From assembly GCA_045862955.1 (NCBI GenBank), contig BTVI01000019.1:981-64980 (forward strand): DNA of 64,000 nucleotides. The letters run 5' to 3'. Position 1 is the stretch's first letter; each line of letters opens with the position of its first letter. The position numbers and the translations under genes are program-made. Below the pieces are notes generated by a model. That model did no database searches and was not told the origin of the DNA. It was given only the letters and a program-made list of their open reading frames with translations. Of the stretch, positions 50,791 through 59,107 are shown piece by piece. This DNA is from Fimbriimonadales bacterium. Its GTDB lineage: Bacteria > Armatimonadota > Fimbriimonadia > Fimbriimonadales > JABRVX01.

Positions 50791-51333
50791 ATGCTCGATG
50801 AGCTCACCGACGGCAGCGTGCGCATTCGTAGGCATCGGGAGGAGGATGTGGATGCCGTGTACGAGGCAGCGCGTGAGTCCATCGCCGAAGTGGGGCGGTG
50901 GCTGCCCTGGTGCCACCCCGAATACCGTCGGGAGGAGACCGCCGAGTGGATTGCAGGGCGCATCGCGGCCTGGGACTGCGGTGAGGCCTACGAGTTCGTG
51001 ATCGAAGACGCGGCGACAGGCCGCGTGCTGGGTGGCGTGGGAATCAACGGCATCGACCGCAGCCATCGGTCGGCCAACCTGGGCTACTGGGTGCGCACGT
51101 CGGCGGCTGGGCGTGGCGTGGCGACCGCAGCGGCGCGGCTGGCGGCACGATTCGCTCTGAAGGAGGTGGGACTGGTCCGCGTGTGCATCCTGGCGGACAT
51201 CGAGAATCGGCCCAGCCAACGGGTTGCGGAGAAGGCGGGAGCCGTGCGCGAGGGAGTACTGCGCAACGCGCTCTTCCTGCGCGGCGAGCCGCGGGACGCC
51301 GTGTGCTATTCCCTGATACCGGGTGATCTCTGA
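50791..51333 (+). CDS. GNAT N-acetyltransferase (RimJ/RimL-like)
   Basis: 180 aa. It shows IRRHREEDVDAVYEA, ANLGYWVRTSAAGRGVATAAARLAARFA, ENRPSQRVAEKAGAVREG. Confidence 0.75.
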   Translation: MLDELTDGSVRIRRHREEDVDAVYEAARESIAEVGRWLPWCHPEYRREETAEWIAGRIAAWDCGEAYEFVIEDAATGRVLGGVGINGIDRSHRSANLGYWVRTSAAGRGVATAAARLAARFALKEVGLVRVCILADIENRPSQRVAEKAGAVREGVLRNALFLRGEPRDAVCYSLIPGDL

Positions 51334-51357
51334 TCAACCACACGCTCAGGTCTAGTC

Positions 51358-52452
51358 GTGAGTGTTCTTCACACTGAGCCACCCGCCCCAGACGCAAAGG
51401 CGATGCTGGCGTGCTTGTTGCGCGAGGGCACTCCCAGCAGGGTGCACTACATCGAGCTCTACTTGGACCGTGAGGTGCAAGAGGCCATCGCACGGGAGTA
51501 CCACCTGTGGGATGACATAGCAGCCTCCGACGAGCTAGCGACCTATTGGCAGTCGCAGATCGTGCTGCAGCGGTTTCTGGGATACGATTACGTGACTTGC
51601 GGCTTGGAAGAGCAAGAGTGGGTGTTCCGCAAGGAGGTCGCAGCCGACACCGCAGCTTTGCCTCGAATGGGTGGCAGGTCCTTCATGAGTCAGACGGAGG
51701 GCCCGATCACCTGCCGGGCGGAGTTCGACGCCTACCCGTGGCCCGACCCGAGGAAGGCCACCTCGCGAGCCCTGGAGTATCTGGAGCGGCACCTTCCCGA
51801 TGACATGTGCGTACTGTACGGGCAGGTCGGACATTTCATGGAGCACCTCACCTGGCTGATGGGCTATGAGACGCTGTGCTATGCGCTGACCGACGATCGC
51901 GATCTGGTGCGCGACATAAGCGACCGACTGATCGACTACTACGTGGTCTGTGTGGAGCGACTACTGGAGTTCGAGCGCGTGCGCATCGTGTGGGGGAGCG
52001 ATGACATGGGCTTTCGCTCCGGCACGTTGATCAGCCCCGCCGATCTGCGCGAGTTCGTGCTGCCTGGCCACGCGCGCCTTGCGGAAATGTGCCACGCGGC
52101 TGGAAGGCCATACATTCTGCACTCGTGCGGCGAGCTGAGCGCCATCATGACGGACCTGTTGGACGACGTGCGCATAGACGGCAAGCACTCCTATGAGGAC
52201 ACAATCCTTCCACCCGAAGAGGCTAAGCGGTTGTACGGCGACAGGACCGCCATCCTCGGTGGCATCGACGTCGGCTTCCTGTGTCGTGCCGACGAGGCGG
52301 CCGTGCGTGCTCGCGTGCGGACCACGCTGGATGCCTGCATGCCCGGCGGCGGGTTCTTGCTGGGCACCGGCAACAGCGTCGCTAACTACATACCACTACC
52401 GAACTACCTCACGATGTTGGACGAGGGCCGGCAGTGGAGGCCTTCGGCATGA
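51358..52452 (+). CDS. URO-D-like (uroporphyrinogen decarboxylase / MtaA-like superfamily) protein, paralog 2
   Basis: GTG start. ILHSCGELSAIMTDLLDDVRIDGKHSYED...LGGIDVGFL...GGGFLLGTGNSVANYIPLPNYLTMLDEG follows the URO-D family layout. Confidence 0.6.
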   Translation: MSVLHTEPPAPDAKAMLACLLREGTPSRVHYIELYLDREVQEAIAREYHLWDDIAASDELATYWQSQIVLQRFLGYDYVTCGLEEQEWVFRKEVAADTAALPRMGGRSFMSQTEGPITCRAEFDAYPWPDPRKATSRALEYLERHLPDDMCVLYGQVGHFMEHLTWLMGYETLCYALTDDRDLVRDISDRLIDYYVVCVERLLEFERVRIVWGSDDMGFRSGTLISPADLREFVLPGHARLAEMCHAAGRPYILHSCGELSAIMTDLLDDVRIDGKHSYEDTILPPEEAKRLYGDRTAILGGIDVGFLCRADEAAVRARVRTTLDACMPGGGFLLGTGNSVANYIPLPNYLTMLDEGRQWRPSA

Positions 52453-52528
52453 TCGCCATCCCGGCTCGGACGGAGCGGCTCCCCGGGTGAATGTGTACTA
52501 GTATTGCCGGATCAGCCGCGCTGAAGCC

Positions 52529-52557
52529 TGGACACGACCCGTGAAGTGCGGTACAGT
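52529..52557 (+). promoter_or_regulatory. Putative sigma70-type promoter (TGGACA-17 nt-TACAGT)
   Basis: -35 at 52529-52534, a 17-nt spacer, and -10 at 52552-52557. The SD GAGGAG is at 52565-52570 and the ATG at 52578. Confidence 0.35.
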
Positions 52558-52577
52558 GTGGGGCGAGGAGAGTGAAG

Positions 52578-54230
52578 ATGAGGGCTTTCGGCATTCTCGT
52601 TCTCTGGCTGTGCAGCGCGGCCGTCCTAGCGCAGATCGCGGTCGCTCCGTCGCCATTGAGGCTGGCGGACCGCACCGGACCGGACTGGGGCACCGCGCTC
52701 GCCTTCGACCCCCTGGCTTACCGAGCGCTCAAGACTGCGAACGGGCGCGTGCTTCTGCGTGGGTTCCCGCTGGACGCGGGGCGCAAGGTCAACTTGGAGT
52801 TGCAGCGGTTCGAGGTATTTTCGGCACACACGCAGCTCGTGGTGGTGTACCCGGACGGCGAGCGGAGGCTCCCCTTCCCGGACGTCGTACTGCTGCGTGG
52901 TAAGGTCCAGGACGAGCCGGATTCGGAGGTCTATCTGGGCCTATCACCACACCTGAGCAACGGATGGATCAACCGCGGCGATGAACGACACATGATCTCG
53001 ACGCGGGACGGCATCACCACGATCACCGACCTCCGCACTTTGCCCACCCAACCTGCGAGCAACTGGACTTGCGAAGCTCTCATACCACCTTACACCGATT
53101 CGCATGCCGACAACGAGGTACGGATCGAGAGCGTCGGCCCCCGGATCGCATCGATCGCGGTGGAGACCGACCGCGAGTTCACGTTGCTCCGTTTTTCCAA
53201 CAACCCGACTCGTGCAGCCGAGTACGTTGCGGAGCTGTACGGAGCCATGACCTTCATCTATGAGCGAGACGTGCAGACGCGGCTGGTAGTCACCTACCTG
53301 CGACTGTGGATGACGAACGACCCGTGGGATAAGGCCAGCTCGGGCGATCAGCTGTCCCAGTACCGCGACTACTGGGTCAACAACATGGCACACATCCCTC
53401 GCGCGCTCGGGCACTTTCTGTCCGCGCGCAATCTGGGCGGTGGTGTGGCATGGGTTGGCGTAGTTTGTAACCCTTGGTGGGGGTTCGGGCTGAGCGGTAA
53501 CATCAATGGGTACTTCAACCCCAGTCTCGAACCGCATTGGAGTAACTGGGATATCTTCGTGGTAGCACACGAGACCGGTCACAACTTCGGCACCCTACAC
53601 ACACACGACGGGTACAACCCGCCGATCGACACCTGCGGCCTCGGGTGCAACGATCCGCCTTTCGTCGGCACTATCATGAGCTACTGTCATACATGCCCTG
53701 GAGGTATGTGGAATATACTGCTGCAATTCCACCCGAGGGTGATCGAGCGTATCCTGTACTACCTGCAATACGAAGCCGGGTGCAACCTCACACGTGCACG
53801 AGTGACCGGAACCGTCGATCTGCAGTACTACCTCGGCGATCCGGTCGGCTTTATGGGTGGTCTGGAGCTTCGCAATCCGGGGACGAGAACGATACGGTAT
53901 CTCGACTATCCGGCGCTCGACGCGAACAGACGCTTCACGAGCTCGTGGCTGGCAGACTGTGGAGACTACGATGCATGGCTGTATTGGGAAACCTATCTCG
54001 GCAAGACCGTTCCCAACATCGTGGTTGCCGCGCCGTCCATAGACCTGAGCGTGCTGCTGACAGCGGGTGATGCGGACTACACCAACGTGGTGGACATAGC
54101 CGATCTGACGCTAGTGTTGGCCAGCCTCGGGACCGGCCCGGGTCAAGGCGACCTGAACTGGGACGGCGCCGTGGACCTGTCCGATCTGAACATCGTGCTG
54201 ATCAACTTCGGCAAGCAGGGCGACAACTAG
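52578..54230 (+). CDS. Secreted reprolysin-like (M12B-type) zinc metalloprotease with a C-terminal dockerin module
   Basis: Signal peptide MRAFGILVLWLCSAAVLAQ. The zinc motif is VVAHETGHNFGTLHTHD (HExxHxxGxxH). The C-terminus carries GDADYTNVVDIADLTLVLASLG and GDLNWDGAVDLSDLNIVLINFG. Confidence 0.7.
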   Translation: MRAFGILVLWLCSAAVLAQIAVAPSPLRLADRTGPDWGTALAFDPLAYRALKTANGRVLLRGFPLDAGRKVNLELQRFEVFSAHTQLVVVYPDGERRLPFPDVVLLRGKVQDEPDSEVYLGLSPHLSNGWINRGDERHMISTRDGITTITDLRTLPTQPASNWTCEALIPPYTDSHADNEVRIESVGPRIASIAVETDREFTLLRFSNNPTRAAEYVAELYGAMTFIYERDVQTRLVVTYLRLWMTNDPWDKASSGDQLSQYRDYWVNNMAHIPRALGHFLSARNLGGGVAWVGVVCNPWWGFGLSGNINGYFNPSLEPHWSNWDIFVVAHETGHNFGTLHTHDGYNPPIDTCGLGCNDPPFVGTIMSYCHTCPGGMWNILLQFHPRVIERILYYLQYEAGCNLTRARVTGTVDLQYYLGDPVGFMGGLELRNPGTRTIRYLDYPALDANRRFTSSWLADCGDYDAWLYWETYLGKTVPNIVVAAPSIDLSVLLTAGDADYTNVVDIADLTLVLASLGTGPGQGDLNWDGAVDLSDLNIVLINFGKQGDN

Positions 54231-54275
54231 GCGAAGCAGGAAGGCGGCGGCGCACGTCGTAGGTAGGGCACGACC

Positions 54276-54599
54276 ATGCCACTCATCGAGTTCTCGTGCC
54301 GAAAGTGCGGACACCGTTTCTCGCAGTTGCTCGGAGTGACCGCCGACTCTGCCGTCGAGCCATGTCCGAAGTGCGGCTCGAGCGATCTAGCCCAAGTCGT
54401 TTCGCGATTCCGACCCGCTCGCTCCGAAGAAGATCGCCTGGACGAGTTGGCCGACAGGCTCGAGACGCTCGGCGAACCCGAGAGCCCTCGCGAGATGCGA
54501 GAGCTGGCGCGCGAAATGGGGAAGGCGCTGGACGAAGATATGTCCGAAGAGATGGAGGAGATGCTGGAGACGGACGCAGGCAGCGAGGACGAGTTATGA
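54276..54599 (+). CDS. FmdB-family zinc-ribbon protein with an acidic tail
   Basis: [15 protein letters not shown]...[17 protein letters not shown] is the CxxC...CxxC FmdB pattern. Confidence 0.75.
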   Translation: MPLIEFSCRKCGHRFSQLLGVTADSAVEPCPKCGSSDLAQVVSRFRPARSEEDRLDELADRLETLGEPESPREMRELAREMGKALDEDMSEEMEEMLETDAGSEDEL

Positions 54600-55258
54600 A
54601 GCGTCGTGGCAGTCTCACCGTTATCTGCGGTGGAATGTTCGCTGGCAAGTCCGAGGAGCTGATACGTCTCATCCGCCGTTCCCTATACGCCAGGAAGAAG
54701 GTCCAGGCGTTCAAGCACGCGTACGACACCCGGTACTCCGAGACGGAGATTGCTACCCACGAAGGCGTCAAGCTGAATGCCATAGCCGTCCGCAGCTCTG
54801 CCGAGCTGGAAAAACTCCTGCTGCCGGACACCGAAGTGGTAGCCATCGAAGAGGCGCAATTCTTCGATGCGTTGTTACCCGACCTTTGCAATCGGCTCGC
54901 GGACAAGGGCAAGACGGTGTTAGTTGCGGGACTGGATCAGGACTTTCGACGAGAGCCGTTCGGCCCTATGCCGAAGCTGTTGGCACTGGCAGACGAGGTG
55001 GTCAAGCTTCGGGCGATCTGCGTGCGGTGCGGTAACACGGCCAGCCACACACAACGGCTCGTGGACGGGCGACCTGCGTCCTACCACGACCCCATCGTGC
55101 TGGTAGGCGCGAGCGAGCGATACGAAGCGCGCTGCAGGCACTGTCACGAACTGCCAGATGCACCCAAGCCGCGGAAGCGTTCCCGCACACGTGCCTCGAA
55201 CAACCCGACGTACGTGCGCGAGCAGCGGGAGCTATTCGATGACCTCAACCGAACCTAG
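54596..55258 (+). CDS. tdk: Thymidine kinase
   Basis: Start at [22 protein letters not shown] (P-loop), overlapping the upstream stop (ATGA). It shows AIEEAQFF and the zinc motifs CVRCG...RCRHCH. It has a ~35-aa basic C-terminal extension. Confidence 0.85.
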   Translation: MKRRGSLTVICGGMFAGKSEELIRLIRRSLYARKKVQAFKHAYDTRYSETEIATHEGVKLNAIAVRSSAELEKLLLPDTEVVAIEEAQFFDALLPDLCNRLADKGKTVLVAGLDQDFRREPFGPMPKLLALADEVVKLRAICVRCGNTASHTQRLVDGRPASYHDPIVLVGASERYEARCRHCHELPDAPKPRKRSRTRASNNPTYVREQRELFDDLNRT

Positions 55259-56483
55259 CATCTCGAATCACGACCGCACCACGCTGCGCGATCTAGCAAA
55301 GCGCGTGGCAGAAATCGCCTCGCTTCCGACCATGCAGGAACGGCGTGACATGTGGACGCGCCACAACAGCCTCGAGCGCGTACGGCCCATGATCCTCGTG
55401 TTCCCGGAAGGTTCCTGGGAAGAGCTGCTACCCCAGTCCTCGCTGGTATGTGAGGGTGAAGCCACGCGCGCCATGGAGTGGAACCTGCGCGCACGAATCT
55501 ACACCTACGAGCACTTCGATGATGACACCGTGTGCGAGGGACGCTGGATTGTTCGGAGACGTATCACCGACACCGGGTGGGGGCTCCAAGCGAGGCAGAC
55601 CGACAGCACGATGGAGCGCGGCTCCTGGGCGTTCGACCCGGTCATACGTGGTTGGGACGACCTAGAGAAGCTCCGCATGCCCGAGGTCATCGTAGACGAC
55701 GACGGAAGCACGCGCGACCTGGAGATTGCGCACGAACTGTTCGGTGACATTTTGCAGGTGGTGCAGAAGGGCATTGCGCACATCTCCTTCCACATGATGA
55801 ATGTATATACCAAGCTGCGCGGGCTCGAGCAGGTGATGGTGGACATGGTGGAACAGCCCGAGATGGTGCACGCAGCCATGTCACTGCTAACAGAGGGGCA
55901 CCGGCAGCTCGTTGCGCAGTATCAGGCGATGAACCTGCTGAGTCTGAACAATGACGAGACGTACTGCTCGACAGGCGGGAACGGGTACACGCGAGACCTG
56001 CCGGCGCCAGGCTTCGACCCGGACCGGGTTCGGCCTTGCGATATGTGGGCATCTGCAGAGACGCAGGAGTTCGCGGTAGTCTCGCCGAGGATGCACGAAG
56101 AGTTCGCATGGCAGTACGAGCGCACGCTTTTGGAGCCCTTCGGCCTGACGGGATACGGCTGCTGCGATCCGTTGCATGACAAATTGCACCTGGTGTTCAG
56201 CCTACCTAGCATGCGACGAATCTCGGTGGCACCCTTGGCCGACGTGATCAAGTGTGCAGAGGGTATCGGGACAAAGGCCATCTTCTCCTGGAAGCCACAG
56301 CCGTCTCACTTGGTTGGTGAGTTCGACCCATCCTTCATCGAGAAGTACATCCGTAGCACACTCGATGTGACGAGAGACTGTGTCATCGAGATGGTGCTGA
56401 AGGACACCCACACATGCGAGCACGAGCCGGAGCGATTCACCGAGTGGACCCGAGTAGCCAAGCGCCTGGCCGAGCAGTACTAA
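55239..56483 (+). CDS. Hypothetical protein, possibly a divergent URO-D-like TIM-barrel (paralog 3)
   Basis: Start at MTSTEPSIS, overlapping the tdk 3' end by 20 nt. The C-terminal layout ([12 protein letters not shown]...ISVAPLADV...[11 protein letters not shown]...[22 protein letters not shown]) parallels the other two URO-D-like proteins. The canonical motifs are weak. Confidence 0.35.
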   Translation: MTSTEPSISNHDRTTLRDLAKRVAEIASLPTMQERRDMWTRHNSLERVRPMILVFPEGSWEELLPQSSLVCEGEATRAMEWNLRARIYTYEHFDDDTVCEGRWIVRRRITDTGWGLQARQTDSTMERGSWAFDPVIRGWDDLEKLRMPEVIVDDDGSTRDLEIAHELFGDILQVVQKGIAHISFHMMNVYTKLRGLEQVMVDMVEQPEMVHAAMSLLTEGHRQLVAQYQAMNLLSLNNDETYCSTGGNGYTRDLPAPGFDPDRVRPCDMWASAETQEFAVVSPRMHEEFAWQYERTLLEPFGLTGYGCCDPLHDKLHLVFSLPSMRRISVAPLADVIKCAEGIGTKAIFSWKPQPSHLVGEFDPSFIEKYIRSTLDVTRDCVIEMVLKDTHTCEHEPERFTEWTRVAKRLAEQY

Positions 56484-56486
56484 CAC

Positions 56487-58001
56487 TCACAGCACACGCA
56501 ACCGCCGCAGATTTCTCGCAGAGGGTGTGACCGCCAACCCGCCCTTCGATGTGCAGCGTAGTTCTGGCGGTAACATCTTCCCGACAGCGAAGACGGCGTC
56601 CACCGTTTCGTCCAGCGAGACCGGATTCTGGTAGCCACCCATCACGACATCCGCACAGACGAAGGCGCTGGACGCTGCCACTGCGTTGCGTGTGTGGCAC
56701 GGTATCTCCACGATGCCCTGCACCAGATCGCATACCATGCCCATCGTGTTCTGAAGCGAGATCGCGGCTGCATCGCATGCCTGTCGCGCGGAGCCACCGA
56801 AGATATCCACGACCGCCGCGGCTGCCATGGCGCCCGAGGCGCCGATCTCTACTTGGCAGCCGGCAACCTCGGCTGCGAAGGTAGCCCGCTCCGCGATCAC
56901 CACGCCTACCGCTCCGGCAGCCAGTAGTCCGAGTGCAATGCGCTCCCGATCTACACCACACTCCTCTTCGAGCGTCACTAACACGCCAGGGAGAACCCCT
57001 GCCGACCCGGCCGTAGGCGCTGCGCAGAGCCGCCCCATAGCCCCGTTGACATGCATTACTGCCATTGCCCTCGCGGCTGCTCGGGAATGCAAACCACCCA
57101 CCGGCAATGCTCCTGCGTTCTCTCGCTTCATCATCTGCCCTGCCACGGGCTGCAGCAGCTGCATGGGGAGATTCTCTTCTCTCAGCCCAGCGTGCACCGA
57201 CTCGCGCATGACATCGTAGCGGCGCAGCACCTCGGCTAACACGTCTTGCTCATCCAGGCCCAATACCGCGCATTCGTAGGACAGACCTAGACGCCCGAGC
57301 CGATCACCAGCAGACGCGAGCAGCTCGGTCGACGACCGCCAAGGCGGTGAGCCGACGCGTGGGTAGAAAATAGCACGGGCAAACCACGCTTCCTCGACTC
57401 CCTGCGTCGGAATCACAGGCCGAGTGTGGGGCGGACAATTTGCCACTAACAAGGGCCCACTCGGCACTTCAGCCTCGATTCCCTTCTCGCGAAGCTGCGC
57501 AATTACCTGCGCTTCCTTACCGGCACTCGGCAGAAGAACAACAACGTCTGCGTCCCCCTTTAGCAGCACTGGCATATCGTTGAGTCGTACTATCTCGATC
57601 GCACCGCCACCGATAGACCGGGCAACTACGTGTAGCTGCCTACCGCCGGCAGCATTGAGTGACAGATCCACTGTGTTCGGGTGCTCCGCTCCTGCTAACG
57701 GCTCGACTACGAACTCCACTGCGATGCCCGAGCGCTCGGCCTCTGCCAGAGCAGAGTGAAACCGCTCGTCGGTGATCTCCCAGCCGAGCAGCCCCGCAAC
57801 GAATGCACGGTCACTCCCCTGCTCCCGGTACAGTTGCGCGTACGAGCCGGCCGGGTCGAATGCGATCCGTGCGGAGCGAAGAGGCTCGCCTAGCAGCTCG
57901 CCTGCCAATCTGCCGATGTGGTAGCTGCCCGCCGTGTGTGAGCTCGACGGGCCGAACATGATAGGACCAATCACTTCGTTCAAAATGCTGATCGCCTTCA
58001 T
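56487..58001 (-). CDS. sdaA: L-serine ammonia-lyase (iron-sulfur dependent, fused beta plus alpha domains)
   Basis: Start re-picked at MKAISILNEVIGPIMFGPSSSHTAGS, because the 118-aa upstream extension in the track overlaps the OCD gene. The alpha-domain motifs are CAAPTAGSAGVLPG and GMVCDLVQGIVEIPCHTRNA. Confidence 0.8.
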   Translation of the reverse strand: MKAISILNEVIGPIMFGPSSSHTAGSYHIGRLAGELLGEPLRSARIAFDPAGSYAQLYREQGSDRAFVAGLLGWEITDERFHSALAEAERSGIAVEFVVEPLAGAEHPNTVDLSLNAAGGRQLHVVARSIGGGAIEIVRLNDMPVLLKGDADVVVLLPSAGKEAQVIAQLREKGIEAEVPSGPLLVANCPPHTRPVIPTQGVEEAWFARAIFYPRVGSPPWRSSTELLASAGDRLGRLGLSYECAVLGLDEQDVLAEVLRRYDVMRESVHAGLREENLPMQLLQPVAGQMMKRENAGALPVGGLHSRAAARAMAVMHVNGAMGRLCAAPTAGSAGVLPGVLVTLEEECGVDRERIALGLLAAGAVGVVIAERATFAAEVAGCQVEIGASGAMAAAAVVDIFGGSARQACDAAAISLQNTMGMVCDLVQGIVEIPCHTRNAVAASSAFVCADVVMGGYQNPVSLDETVDAVFAVGKMLPPELRCTSKGGLAVTPSARNLRRLRVL

Positions 58002-58003
58002 AC

Positions 58004-58993
58004 CTACTCCAGTGAAACCTCGGTTCCGACTCCCTGCTCGACAGCGCGCTGATACACTAAGCTGGCTACCATCGCATCCTGCACTGCCAGTCCCACCGAC
58101 TTGAAGACCGTGATCTCGTCCGCCCGCGTTCTGCCAGGTGCGAGGCCCAGTAGAACCTCTCCGATTTCCCCCACGATATGATCTGGAGCGATCGCGCCCT
58201 CCCCCAACGGTATCAGGACGTCTCCGGCCTCGAGCAGCGCCGCGGCCCGGTGGTCCACGTACAGCTTCGCCCTGCGCACGGCCTCCGAGTCCAGTTCCCG
58301 TGTGTCTCGAGTAAAGGCGCCAATCGCCGTAACGTGCGCGCCCGGTCGCAACCAACCTCCCTGGAGCACCGGCCCGGTGGCATTGGTGGCCGTGATGACG
58401 ACATCCGACTGACGGACCGCCGCCTCGGGATCGGAGGCAGCTACCACGTCACAACCTAGGAGCGTCGCCATCTCGCGGCAAAACGCGTCTGTCCGAGGGT
58501 CATGCTTGGATAGTACGAACACACTCCGCAACGGTCGAACGAGGGATAGAGCAAGGAGTTGGGTCCGTGCCTGCGCCCCTACACCGAAGACGGTAGCAAC
58601 GGTTGCATCGGCACATGCTAAGGCGTCCGCTGCCACCGCGCCCGCTGCCCCAGTGCGCACAGCAGTCACGTATTCGGCCTCGATGATGGCGGCCAACCTT
58701 CCGGTCTCCGGGCGGTGCAGCAGAACGACACCTTGCACGGGCGCCTCGGCATACTTTGCGAAGTTCTGCCCGTAGGCCGTGACTACCTTGACACATAACA
58801 CTTCTGGCCGAGACCGGATGTACGCGGGCATGCATAGGTGCGTTCCGTCGTGTGCTACCACGGGGGTTACGCTACGCTGTGGCATGACCACCTCGCCTGC
58901 CGAAAGAAGGCGGAAGCCTGTCGCGACGGCCTCGATAGCGGCGTCCATGGGAAGACAACGCTCTACGTCGGCTCTAGTTAGCAGTAGCGGCAT
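58004..58993 (-). CDS. Ornithine cyclodeaminase / mu-crystallin family NAD(P)-dependent enzyme
   Basis: 329 aa. It shows MPLLLTRADVERCLPMDAAIEAVATGF, the Rossmann motif VFGVGAQA, and ITATNATGPVL. Confidence 0.8.
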   Translation of the reverse strand: MPLLLTRADVERCLPMDAAIEAVATGFRLLSAGEVVMPQRSVTPVVAHDGTHLCMPAYIRSRPEVLCVKVVTAYGQNFAKYAEAPVQGVVLLHRPETGRLAAIIEAEYVTAVRTGAAGAVAADALACADATVATVFGVGAQARTQLLALSLVRPLRSVFVLSKHDPRTDAFCREMATLLGCDVVAASDPEAAVRQSDVVITATNATGPVLQGGWLRPGAHVTAIGAFTRDTRELDSEAVRRAKLYVDHRAAALLEAGDVLIPLGEGAIAPDHIVGEIGEVLLGLAPGRTRADEITVFKSVGLAVQDAMVASLVYQRAVEQGVGTEVSLE

Positions 58994-59107
58994 GCCGGAC
59001 CTCCATGCAGAAGGTAGCGCGCTCGGCAGGGTGCGCGCAATGAAGTCGTCTCAATAGGTATCGGCGGACGCATAGACGAGGGCGTCCGCCGACCCATAGT
59101 ATGTATT

